From positions 2,043,106 through 2,107,105 of the forward strand of contig BFEA01000013.1 of NCBI GenBank assembly GCA_003427395.1: a DNA stretch of 64,000 bases, written 5' to 3'. Of this stretch, positions 27,437 through 39,920 are shown piece by piece (position 1 is the stretch's first letter; each line of letters begins with the position of its first letter). The notes under the pieces are model-generated. The model was not told where the DNA came from, did not search any database, and saw nothing but the letters and a program-made list of their open reading frames with translations. This DNA is from Chara braunii. Lineage: Eukaryota > Plantae > Charophyceae. The translations under genes and the position numbers were made by a program.

Positions 27437-27686
27437 GGCTACCAGAGTGGCCCGGGGTCACCTGCCCAGCCAGACCAAAAAAAAAAAAAAAAAATTTAAA
27501 AAATTTAAAAAAAATAAAATTAGTGAAGAATTTCGATGTGACCCTGAGGCAAAAGTTGTTCAGTTTATTTTTTTGCATAACATAGTGTTTTTCTCGGAAT
27601 GTTTGGATTTGTTTTTTTTTGCTGGGACCTTCTCTGGTCCTTGCACGGGCTGGCCACCCGGGACCCGGGCCGCCCGGCTGGTAGCC
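27437..27686 (+). mobile_element. MITE copy (GGCTACCAG...CTGGTAGCC) inside (TA)n
   Basis: Same termini and internal GATGTGACCCTGAGGCAAAAGTTGTTCAG as 19851-20118. Confidence 0.8.
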
Positions 27687-27806
27687 TATATATATATATA
27701 TATACATATATGTATGTATATCTATGTAGTCGGTGAAACTCCGATGAAACAGTTTGTCACAGCCCCTCGTTTTTTGTTCTCTTCTCCCTCTCTGCCTGTG
27801 GTAAAC

Positions 27807-27844
27807 CTGTCTCTTATACACATCTAGATGTGTATAAGAGACAG
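27807..27844. other. Nextera mate-pair junction adapter (assembly artefact)
   Basis: Exact CTGTCTCTTATACACATCT+AGATGTGTATAAGAGACAG, the palindromic Tn5 mosaic ends. Confidence 0.99.
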
Positions 27845-30800
27845 ATATATACGTATTTGTTTTTAAGCAAATCCCTATAAAAACGCCATAGATTACTGCT
27901 TTGGTCTATTGCTTGATTATATGATTGGAAGATTGCATTCTCATACTTGTTTGTCTTATGTGACCCCCCAACTTTATTCTATTGACCTTTTTCCTCCCGT
28001 TCATTTTGAAATCTTTCATATCGGTTAAGTTCTCCCTAAGGTCGAGGGATTGTTTGATTTTCTTTTTATTTTTTTTTTATCCGCGTTGTTCAGTTGGATT
28101 CATTTGCTACAACATTCTTTTCGGATAACTTGTTTATGTGATGTCAATTCAACGATCATTGTTTTGCCTTGGTTATTTTCCGAATGCATCTGGGTATGAC
28201 TGCACCCAGATGCGCTGTGCCTCAACCCACTTCAAATAACCTGATCTCGATTGTGCTAAGAGAGGCCGAACGTGGAGATGGAGATCAAGGTGTTTTTGAC
28301 GGGGAGGGAAGAAGTAGAAGGGGGTGAGACTCGTGAAGAGTAGATCAACGTGAAGTAGAAGGGGGCGTGACATAGTGAAGGCAACCAGATTAGCAGGAAG
28401 GAAACAAGTGAAGGAAAGAAGTTGGTGAAGTTGGAGGGATCAAAGCGAGGAGGAAGAATCCAACTCATGACAGAGGAAAGCACTGATCGTGCCCGTTACT
28501 ATGTGACAAATAGACTCGAGGAAACTCTTGAAGGGTCGTTGAAACTCCGACGAAACAGTCGGTCTCTTACCTGGGTATTAAGGAGATGAACTACGGTTTG
28601 TCATTACTATTTTATTACATTGTTCCAACCTCCTGGATTTTTTTTTTTTAATTATATTATTGTGTTATATTATTTGTTATATAATTACATGGTTGTTTTA
28701 CCTTCTTGCTGATCTTCACGCAAGGTACCAGCACCCTGCCATTTTGTGTGCACATGGTGATTTTTCTCGTCTATCTCTGAATTTGTTGTGCCAAACACAT
28801 TTGAGAGCCACATAGCCTAGGGCTACAGTACTCATGATTACTGTATCGGACCGGCATAGGTAGCTCTGTGTACGTTTGTGATAAGGGTGTGCTGTGTTTG
28901 GGGGGAGGACAGGCATGTGTTCGTTTGCGATTAGGGTGTGCTGTGTGGAGGATAGGCATGGCAAGCGGGCTCTCATTCGGAAGCAATACGCATGATTGTA
29001 AGGCTTGGCCGGTAAGGAAGGGTGATGTCTTTCTTGGGTCCAAATTTGTGATGCAATGAATCTGCCAACTCGCGAATAACTCTTCGCGTTTACAGAGGAA
29101 AGCCATAGTGTCGGCTCGTGTGAGTATTCAGGGGAGATCACCTACGCGTTTCGCTTGCTGCTGAGTACTTTCATATCGGTTAAGTTCTCCCTAAGGTCGA
29201 GGGATTGTTTGCCTTTTTTTTTTTTTTTTTTTTAATTGTTTGTCCTCGTTGTTCAGTTGGATTCATTTGCTACAGCATTCTTTTCGGATAACTTGCTTTT
29301 GTGAAGTCGATTCAGCGATCATTGTTTTGCCTTTGTTATTTTGCCAATGCCCATGGGTGTGACTGCAGCCAGATGCACTAAATCTCAACTCACCTGATGT
29401 CGATTGTGCTAAGAGAGGCCGAACATGGAGATGAAGGGCAAGGCGTGCTTGACAGGGAGGGAAGAAGTAGAAGGGGGTGAGACTCGTGAACAGTAGATCA
29501 ACACGAAGTAGAAGTGAACTTTGTTTTTGTTTTCAATTTTTTCTGGTTTCTTTCCCTGCGGATCGGTTGCTGTTGTCATTTCTCAATCCGCTGCAGCGTC
29601 CACGTGGTCCTGATTAGTTGGTTTATTGGTTGATTGATTGATTGATTGATTAATTGGTTGGTTGGTTGATTGGTTGTTTGGTTGGTTGGTGATCGATTGA
29701 TTGATGGATTATCATCATCTAAATTTCTTGTTATCATTATTGTATTTAAGTATTATTATTATTCCTATTATTAATTTTCTTTCCCCGTCGGTCATGAGCA
29801 GTTGCCGCACTTTTGAACCTGTCCGTATTTGGCCATTGTCAGACTAACTGTTTCTCTTAATGAATCTGCTCGGCAAGGCGGGCATATAACATCTGTGAGA
29901 GTCTTCGTATAAATCCGCTTCTTCTTGTTGTCCAGAGCGCGACAGGCAATGACTTTTGTGAGCAGGTAGGTGGTTCTCCCGCTTCGCTCGGCACCAAGTG
30001 CCCGCCATAGGTTACCTGCCAAGTCTCACGCCAAAATTCACCAATTTATTTGTCACGCGTCTCCCGCAAAAAAATACCCGTTGTGTATCTTCCGCAACGG
30101 CGGACGAAAAGGAGAAGTTATCCGTGCGAGTTTGTAGAAGTTTGTGTATAGTTTGGAATCCGACCTGACCAGATCCGTCAGTAGGACTTTTTCAACTGGC
30201 CGTAATTGAGGTTATTCCCCCACCTCTTTTTCCTTTCCCTTTGTTTTTTTTTTCAATTTTTCTGGTTTCTTTCCCTGCGGATCGGTTGTTGTTGTCATTT
30301 CTAAATCTGGTGCAGTGTCCACGTGGCCCTGACCAAAACTACACCTTGTCTTATGTGGCCCATGTGGGGTGTACGTTTGCGATTAGGGTATGCTGTGTGG
30401 AGGATAGGCACGGCCAGCGGGCTCTCATTCGGAAGTAATACGCATTATTGTAAGGCTTGGCCGGTAAGGAAGGATGGTGTCTTTTTTGTGTCCAAGTTTG
30501 TGATGCAATAAATCTGCCATCTCGCGAATGAATCTTTGCGTTTTCATAGGAAAGTCATAATGTCGGCTCGTGCGAGTATTCAGGGGAGATCACTCACGGG
30601 TTTCGCCTGCTGCTGAGTAGTTTCATATCGATTAAGTTCTCCCCAAGGTCGAGGGATTGTTTTTTTTTTTTTTTTTTTAGTTGTTTGTCCCCGTTGTTCA
30701 GTTGGATTCATTTGCTACAACATTCTTTTCGGATAACTTGCTTGTCTGAAGTCGATTCAACGATCATTGTTTTGCCTTGGTTATTTTCCCAATGCATCTG

Positions 30801-32108
30801 GGTGTGACTGCAGCCAGATGTGCTGAACCTCAACTCACTTACGTGGTTATTAGGGAGATTAACTACGGTTTGTCATTACAATTTAATCATATTGTTTCAG
30901 CGTCGAGGTTTTTTTTTATTTTTATTTTATTTGTGTTTTATATTATTTACTATATAATTAATGGTTGTTTTATCTTCTTGCTAATCTTCACGTAAGGTAC
31001 CCTCACCTTGCCATTTTGTCTGCACATGGTGATTTTGCTCGTCAATCTTAGAATTTGTTATGCCAAGCACATTTGAGAGCCACATAGCCTAGGGCTAAGT
31101 ACTCTCATGATTACTGTATCGAAAAAGCAAAATAATAGAAAGTAACGGTACTAAATACTTTTGCAGTGTGGGTGCACTACGCTTATTCTCAACAGGCCTA
31201 CTACATTTCAATCTTCAACCCCATGATACTGGTGTGTGTGACGAAGATTCATGTGCATTTGGCTTACTCTGGATGTTGTTGTCGTATGATCCTAGCCGCC
31301 TTCCTTGGCAGGTGCAAGCGGCTAGCTGTCTCCTGTGGCAGGTGATGTTGGATTATGTCAGTCGCTTCTTGTAGCATCTGCTGTTGGATGATGTCAGCTA
31401 CCTCCTGTAGCAGGGTGTTGTTGTATGCTAGCCACCTTCTGTTGTACTGTGTTAGCCATTGTTGTTGTATGACGCTAGCTGCCTCCTTGGCACTGGTCTC
31501 TGCATTTCAAACTGTTGTTGCACTGTAATGACCTGTTGCAGGCTGTCCTGGGTAATCTACGAGGCACTACAGTTCGAATATCTATCAGGGCCTTGTACAT
31601 AATTATTTTTACTTTCAGTGATTTAGGGTTTTTATCGTACGTGTGTTGTCATATTCGCTACACGCTAAAAAAAAGCATGACCGTGTCAGACTGTTTCGTC
31701 ACACTTTCACCAACTCATCAGGAGGTTGAACCCCGATACTCTGCCCAGGATTCATTTGACTGATGGATCGCCCAGAGTTAGCGACACCCCTGAGAAAACT
31801 GATCGAGTTTACTCACCCCAACCTTGCAATCCAAGCAGACTTCCGGTCCAAACCCTTGATAAGAACGGTAGTAAGTCTGAAAAGAGAGAGAGAGAGGGAT
31901 CAATAATGCACATGGGTCCTGCTTTGTATGTTTGCAAATTTTTCAATGGTTGAGATGTCCCGTAATATGACAAGCTAGCATAAAATATTTCTCATCCATC
32001 AGTCTCTTACTTTCTTTTTGTTTTATTGTGTCAAATTCTGTTGTTAACACAAACAAAGGTTTTTGTTATATGTCGTGTTTTTTGCCCCTTGTCTAACATG
32101 TTTCTTGA

Positions 32109-32184
<76 letters not shown>

Positions 32185-34688
32185 GTAATTTGCACAGGGG
32201 TCATGCTAACTGGATCTGCTCTGTATGTTTGCAAAAAAAAGTGTCTACGGTGTCCGGTAGAATGACAAACATAATGTTTGCATCCATCAGTGCCTGTTCC
32301 TTTTTTTTCTTTTTTTTTCGGTGCCATTTTGTTATTAGCACAAACATAGTCTTTCGTTATATATCGCGTTTTTTGCACTGTTGTTCTGGTAAATACCAAA
32401 TTTTAGAAATTGTTGGGGTTTAACAACGATCTTGTTTTTTTTATAATTTTGCAGAAGACATTTGAAAAGATGTTTGAATCTCTTCTATCAAACGTCAACC
32501 CGGAGTCAATTGCATTCGAAGATGAGTTGGGGACAGTTTTTGACAAGATGGATCTTTGTCATAAACCTGTACAAGGTGGTGGTGGGTTGGACCGAACTAG
32601 TCTGCTCAGTCTCAAGCAAGGAGGAAAGTGGGAAATGGCAACATTGACACATCCCCATCGGCACCTCCGAGTGACTCATGTTATCTTTGCGGGATACACC
32701 CAGCCAGAGCGATTTCTTGCACTGTATGCAAATAACGCCGATGGCTTGATGAATAGATTCAATGTCTTTATTTCATCAGTTGAGCTGGCGAAGTATCAAA
32801 AGAAAAAAAAAATGGCCTCAAAATGTCAAAAGGCATCACAAAGTCCAACCAACTTGCTCCTGAAGTGATCGATATTGATCAGCATCGTTCTGTCGGCAGC
32901 AAAGCAGTGCTCACTTTGGCAGAGGTATGGTGTTTTCTGTTTTGTAATAAACTTTTTTCCTCCTTCTTTTGCAATCTTTCAACTTATTTTTTTTTTCTTT
33001 TCTTGAAATCAGTTGAATGATTAGTGTAAATCAATTCTTTTTTACTATGCTGACTGTCATGCCAGCCTGATGTTCATTATGTCTTTCTCTTATTAAAGAA
33101 TAGAAAGGTTAAGTGAACTTTATTTTGATGACGAAAATGCAAGTTTTTTGGTTGTTGTACTTTATCTTTGCTTGTGGGAGTAATTTTTCCCTATAATGAT
33201 GCGTTTTTCATGATCTGTGCAATGGACAGATATGACTCTTGTTTGTGCCCCTCAAGATATCAATACATCTTCATTTGAATATTTTCAATCATTTTTAGTT
33301 TGTTATATTGAGATACCACTCGGGCCCCCTCTGGTCACCTTGTTTTCCAGGGCGGCCCGACAGTGTAAGGGTAAGGAAAGTACCTCTGCAAAAAAAAAAA
33401 AAAAACCCTGAAAAAAACTATGTTGTGCGGAAAAATAAACCGAACAACTTTTCCCTCAAAGTCGTACTAAAATTTTTTACCAAATTTAAAATAAAATCTT
33501 AAATTAAATAATATATATATCATCCTGTGATGAAACGCAGAGAGCAGAGTCTCGTGGCATAGACAATGTACATATGTCTAATTAAAAAAAAAATAATGGT
33601 TCTCGTTACATTTCCTGTTGCAGCTATTCAAGAGAATATGGTTGATGCATCATGATGTGGAGAATTTTGGCGCAACAACGTTGCATAACTATTGGATTGG
33701 CGACAAAGCATTGGAGTCTTTCATAGAGGAATACGACGAAATCCAAGGGGTTCTCTCTGCATTGCATAAAGCATTTCTACTTGGGAAAGGAAGTATGTAA
33801 AAAAATAAAAATTATTGGAGGTCTGATACATTTTGCAATGTTTTTGCAGGTTTTTATGCAAAGATGAAAGGAGAGGTGATCATTGTATCAACAATCCTCC
33901 ATGTGATCTCTTACGCATTATCCTCCATTGAGGACAATCTCGATGAATCGGAGGATTTTGCTGATTGTCGGATATCACAGTCCAGTGTTGATTATGCTCG
34001 AAAATTTCTTCGTGTATCTTGCGATCAACGACGGACTCTGATTAATGATGGACAATTGGTGTCAGTTATCAAGATCGCCCGTGCAGGAAAGAATGTCAAT
34101 GAGTCCCCCGAGACTCTGGAAGACGAACAGTTAAACAATTCTCAGTCCTTCCTTATGCGATTTGTAAGTACCGAATTCCTTATTTTTGTCACCTAAACTT
34201 GTATTGACGAGCTGTTAGAATCATAACGGGCAGGTGAACAATATCATTGCATACATGTTTCTTTCTTTTACCGAAGTTTACCTCTTTCGCCCCAACTATC
34301 CGAATTGACCTGGTCGAAACATGCATGGTAGGATCTTCAATTGCAGGGTGACTTCGACCATCTGTGTGCATGTTTCCGTTCCTACCATTACGAAGAACAA
34401 CAATGACAATTGTCTGTCTTGGGTCAAGGTCTAGGATCTGGGAATTGAGTAATGAGTCAGTATGTTTCTTGAATGAGTTATTGGATGCAATCTCTAGTTG
34501 AATTCTTGCTTTTTATCTATGCTACTAAAGTGGTCCGGGGCAAATTGCATGCCCAAGCCGAAAAAAAAGAAAAAAAAAATATTAATCCTAGTTTACCAGT
34601 CAGGCCGCCCGGGTCACCTTGTTTTCCAGTGTGGCTTGGCCGTGCAAAGGCCAAGGAAGATCCAATCAAAAAAAAAAAAAAAAAAAAA
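27845..34688 (+). repeat. Copy 2 of the 6.8-kb duplication
   Basis: Begins immediately after the adapter and matches 67-6910. Confidence 0.95.
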
Positions 34689-35601
34689 TCCAAAAAATCA
34701 AAAAAAAAAAACATGTTATGCGCGAAAATCAACAGACTAACTTTTGTCTCAGGGTCATATTATTATTTTTAATTAAATTGATAATAAAATTAAAATTTAA
34801 AAATATATTTTTACCTATTTTTATTTTTTATTTTTGCACACCCGGGCAAGTAGTCCCGAATCACTCTGGTAGCCTAGTGTTAATTTTAATTTTATTATAA
34901 ATTCGGTAAAGAAGTTTGATGTCTCCTTGGGATAAACGTTGTTCGGTTTACTTTCCTGCATAACGTTTTTTTTTTTGGAATTAAAAAAAAAAAAGGTGGG
35001 CCCTTCCCTTATCTTGCACGACCAGGCTGCCTGGTCAAACATGGTGACCTGGGCGGTTCAGCTGGTCGCCCAGTTATATTAAAAAAATCCTAAATTTTTT
35101 TTAATATTAATTTAATCACAACCACAAACACCTTGGAGGACTTTTTTTTATATGGTTATTTCAATCGGGCTGACTTTTGTTTTTTCCAAAAATTGTTTCC
35201 TTTGGTTAACAGTTAGACTGTGATGCATTTTATCTCCAAAGTCAGTATTAGGCCCTCATATGTCTAGCTCGCAGTTGCCCAACGGCCTGTTTGTACATTT
35301 ACTGATTGTTTTCTTCCTGGCTTTCAAAAACTTTCTCGTATGATTTTGTGTGCGAGTGTGTATGTTATCATGACATATCACCATTTTTCTGGTTCTTTTT
35401 TTTATTCTGTTGCAGGACTCTTTCCGGAAGAGTTGTGCAAAAATGATACGAGAAAACACGGAACATCGGAAACTTGCAAGAACAACTCTTGCGAACGTGA
35501 AGTCATATGAAAAATCTAAAGAAATTGATGAGATGTTCCGATACATGGAAGAGATCGAACTGGGAAAATATGTTCTCCATCATCCAAAGATTGGTAAATG
35601 A
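32455..35601 (+). pseudogene. DUF3987/YfjI-like ATPase, exons 2-5 (32455-32924, 33624-33792, 33850-34163, 35416-35601)
   Basis: Same as 4677-6385, plus a phase-0 terminal exon DSFRKSCAKMIRE...EIDEMFRYMEEIELGKY (possible winged-helix tail). Confidence 0.78.
34588..34877 (-). mobile_element. MITE copy in reverse orientation within DUF3987 intron 4 (further partial copies ~33310-33500, ~34900-35072)
   Basis: CTAGTTTACCAG...CACTCTGGTAGCCTAG. Reverse-complement similarity to 19851-20118. Confidence 0.7.
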
Positions 35602-35884
35602 ATCGATTATGCCGTCATGCCCTTTTTATTTTGTAAGGAAAACCTCTGTTTCGAACTGATTGCAAGAATTTTCCTGATTGTAAGAGGGTGTATGTCTGTT
35701 ATGTCCCTTTTTTTTCCTTCTAAAAATGCAATTGATATGTCTCATACTTGCGGCACACAGCAGCGGTGCGCGCTGCACTGCCCCCTAGGCCCAGTGCATG
35801 TGCGCGTGCGTGCGCAGGCATGCGCAGTGCACATGCGGGTCGGGCTGGACCAGGTGTGCAAGATGCGCGTTTTTTTTTTGTTTT

Positions 35885-35916
<32 letters not shown>

Positions 35917-35979
35917 GGGACGGGGCGTTGTGCTTCCACTAGGGTTTGGGAGGTGCCTTCACCACTGAACAAAGTAGGG

Positions 35980-35982
<3 letters not shown>

Positions 35983-36032
<50 letters not shown>

Positions 36033-36089
36033 TTAACCACCTAACAGATCGGAACGATGTGGAGAAGATTACATGGCCGCTGGGCAAGG

Positions 36090-36166
<77 letters not shown>

Positions 36167-36239
36167 TTAACCACCTAACGGATCAGAACGATGTGGAGAA
36201 GATTACATGACCGCTGGGCAAGGATGAGAGAGAGAGAGA

Positions 36240-36280
<41 letters not shown>

Positions 36281-36336
36281 TTAACCACCTTACGAATCGG
36301 AACGACGTGGAGAAGATTACATGGCTGCTGGGCAAG

Positions 36337-36382
<46 letters not shown>

Positions 36383-36423
36383 CCTTAACCACCTAACGAA
36401 TCGGAACGACGCGGAGAAGATTG
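35983..36423 (+). repeat. Tandem ~61-bp unit separated by variable (GA)n, four copies, running into an N gap
   Basis: CCTTAACCACCTAACGAATCGGAACGACGTGGAGAAGATTACATGG-like units at ~36031, 36165, 36279 and 36383. Confidence 0.92.
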
Positions 36424-36505
36424 NNNNNNNNNNNNNNNNNNNNNNNNNNNNNNNNNNNNNNNNNNNNNNNNNNNNNNNNNNNNNNNNNNNNNNNNNAAGT
36501 GGTTG

Positions 36506-36530
36506 CTGTCTCTTATACACATCTAGATGT
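36506..36530. other. Partial Nextera junction adapter just after the N gap (36424-36496)
   Basis: CTGTCTCTTATACACATCTAGATGT. Confidence 0.97.
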
Positions 36531-39030
36531 ATATATATATATATATATATATATAGCCCCTCGTTTGTTGTCCTCTTCTCCTGCTTTACCTGAGAATTAC
36601 CGCGCAACTCTATTTGGCTTCGTTTGTGGTCTTCCCCTCCTTGCTATCTTACCTCTTCCTCACTCGCAACAATCTTTCACACTATGCCATTCATTCTCAC
36701 ATACCCGACTTTGTCTCCTCGTTTCCATCCTAGCGGTGACATAGTGACCTTCCTTGCCCTCTTTGACCTTCTGTCTCGCGATAGTCTTTCCTTTCCTGAC
36801 CTCCTCTTCTTTTCCCACGTAGATGTGCCCTCTCACGTTCTCTTGCCTTCTCTTCCACAACCAGCCTACGTCTCTCTCTCTCTCTCATTGTTGATTTATT
36901 TTAAAGAAACTGTGGAATGTCTTTTTTTATCCCATATTTTAATTGTCTACACGAACAAAGGAAGTTTTTACGATCTCATCAAAGACACGTCTGCTCATTT
37001 CCTCATCTTTCTGTGCCCCCCCCCCCCTCTGAAACACCTTGTATCTTGCTTATCCTAGAACCCAGCTTGAGGGTTGATGTCCAGGCAACCACCGTCGTGT
37101 CTGGACCAACAACAAAAAGGAAAAGAAATGGAAGGGTTGTGATTTAAGCTACAAAAAAATGAGACATTGTAGAATTAGAACTTCATAAAAGAGCAAACAA
37201 ATTATAACCCATTATTTAAGGGATATATTTGTTTGAATTACTTCCTGTTATTCTTTTATAGGCAGCTTTATTTAAGGGAGATATTTGACACGGCCACCTT
37301 TTCGCGACAGTTGCAGCACCAAGGGTTTGATTCTTGGACCTCTCTATACCCTGCGTACAGTATCCCGTGTCTGTGTATGTTTGAACACGTGACCTGTCGC
37401 CCGAAAGTTGTCTGTTTGGGACTGTTGTACATATGTGGGTTGCATGGGTTCGATCCATAGATCTGTAGCGTAGGGGTCGTAGCTTGATTGAGTCGTAACT
37501 GCTACAGAGCCGAAGGGTTACTCACGTAGGTTGTAGATCTATCTAGAACTATCCTAGGTGGCACTTTGTAGGTCCTAGGTCTCAGTCCTACGTAGAAGTG
37601 TCTAGAGGAAAGTCCTACCTAGCAGATCTTACCAGTCCAGTTAGCACCATCTGGAAACATCCAGTCAGCAAGTACCAATGGGACTGTTCACACCCTGGGC
37701 CAAGGTCCGATAGGGTCGGCCAACCAATCTACGAAGTATAAACCAAGAGGCAGCGTCGAGTCATTCATTCATTCCGCCTATGAGCCTTGCGGAAGCGCTG
37801 CCAAAGTAGTCGCTTGTGTACGATGGTCTGCAGGTGCCCGGAGAGGAAGAGGGCTAGGAGAGGGAATCACCATAGCTGTTAGTAGGAGGAGGAAGACGAC
37901 GGCCATAGCCGCCATGTCAGTGTGTTAATAGATGATAGTGAGTCAGTGTGAGTTTGTGTATGAGTGAGACATCCAGGGTAGATCCAGATAGCGAGTGAGT
38001 GTGTGTAGTGTGTGTGTAAACAAGTTGTCGGGATACAGCGATCGGGAGGAGAAACTTTGTCGAGCCATTTCTGAATAAAGTTGGATCCGACTGTATTCCT
38101 GGCCAAATTCAAATCTCCCAGTTTTCAGTGTGGGCGCGGTTGCGCCGGCCATATCTGTATTTGGTTGCATGCATGTCGAGTCGGAGAAAGGAGGTCTGAT
38201 TGCATATTTCTTCGAACTGCTTTCTGGTATTCCCTTTTTATGATGAATATCATGTACTCACTCTTATATTTTCTGTGTTGTCTGCTTTTGCTCTTCCTTT
38301 GTAATTTTTCCGCAGGTATATCATTACTTGCTTACATTGTTTGCAAATCATTCGTTTCCTGAATACATGGGTTATGATGATATGTGTCATCTTTTGCGCT
38401 TTGCACTCAATGCGAAAAGGAAAAATGCAACAACAAAAATCAAGGAATTCACAGACACTGAGAGGATCCATCATGTCGGTAAGTTTTTGTAAATAATCTT
38501 TATAATTTTTCTGCCACGTGCATACTATTTTTCAGTTATGTCTTATATCACTATGTTGTATGGAGTTGTTGTGACACTGTACCACAATGAGATCATGAGA
38601 CTTGTGGGTCCGAAGCTGAATTTTAAAGTTATATGTGGATTATCGCTCAGTGTCTCTCGTAACTCCATCCGAGGTACTTGTGGTATTCATGGAATACTGT
38701 GCTTGATCATGGCGATATTATATGTGTTATTGAGTATAATGGCCACAACATCTCATCCAATTTCTGACAAGGGTTGGTTTTTTCTACGTTGTCTTTGAAG
38801 TTGATTTCTTCCACTTCAAAAATCATGTTGGGCATTGGTGTAACAGCAATGTTAATCCAAGAAAATATGACGAGCTGAAAAAAGCAAACATGTCAATCTG
38901 CGAACAACGTTTCAAATGGTTTGCGCAATAGAAAGGAACAATGAGGTAAGTTGTTTTTATCTTTTTTTTTAATAACAATTTTCTTGTTCTAGTAATTTTT
39001 TAATTCTCCTTGTTATTAAAAGTCTTATTA

Positions 39031-39420
39031 TTGGTTAAGCACACAAGTGGCATTCAGGATGTGGGTTCGAGCCCCATCATCTCCTGCAATGCACTATGTG
39101 GCAAGCGAGTGTGATAGTCCACCTGATACATCAGATCAGTATTGGTAGGGTCTATGACCAACACATGTGCAAGTGTGAGCGTGAGTGGATTCTGTGTGAT
39201 AGGTGGGAGAGCGTTGGCCATAGCCATTACTGCTACTTGATGGGGGATGGGGGATTCCGAAGTAGATGGGAGGCACAACTACTGGCAAAATGCTCGGTCT
39301 TTGCGTTAGCCGGCCCCCCCACCGACAACCACCCCCTACTCTCTGAGCACCGCCGATCAGGGCGCGGGGCAATGTGCATCCGCTTAATTGTGAGAGGTAG
39401 CTATGCTTGTAGGGGTCACT
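39031..39420 (+). mobile_element. tRNA-derived SINE copy in KDZ intron 6
   Basis: TTGGTTAAGCACACAAGTGGCATTCAGGATGTGGGTTCGAGCCCC head. Colinear with the reverse complement of 11250-11640. Confidence 0.72.
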
Positions 39421-39920
39421 GACTCTGCCACTATCTGTCTGTTATGTGGTTAGTCTGCCTGTTTGTCTGTTAGCCTCTGACTCTGTCAATGTCTGTCTGT
39501 TGTGTGTCTGCCTCTCTCTCTCTCTATTTGTCACACTGTCTGTCTGTGACTCGCTTTCTATCCCATGCAAGAAAAGTTGCACTGGTTGCCTGTGGATATG
39601 CCTGGCCGGCCTTCCTGGTTGCCTGACTCCCGGCTTGGCGCAGGGAGGCTGTGTGGCTGCCTGGCTGCCTGGTCGCCTGGCTTCCAATCCTCCTGCCTGC
39701 TTGCCTACCTGGTCACCTGGCTTGGCTGCCTGATTGGCTGTCTGCCAGGCAACGAGACTGCCTGACCGTCTCTCTATCTGCCTGCCAGGCAACGAGACTT
39801 CCAGAGCAGCAGGCTCAGAGCGTGGGGGAGATAGGATGGGATGGGATATGGGGGGATGAGGCCCTGGTTGACTTCAGGATGGAAGACAACCACTACCGGT
39901 CTCTCAGAAATATACACCAA

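Noticed and set aside
27807-27844. Perfect 38-bp palindrome as a genuine Tn5/IS50 end or regulatory site
   Set aside because: It is the exact engineered Nextera mosaic-end junction, a library artefact.
35983-36423. CRISPR-like repeat-spacer array
   Set aside because: The spacers are only (GA)n, the repeats are ~61 bp, the context is eukaryotic and there are no cas genes.
27845-36423. Real nested gene or transposon inserted in KDZ intron 4
   Set aside because: It is bounded by adapters and a gap, lacks exon 1, and fits the 13250 gap better.
37286-38037. Solo LTR in KDZ intron 4 (similarly 25640-26420 and 46900-47719)
   Set aside because: LTR-like composition, but no TSD or second copy to fix boundaries.
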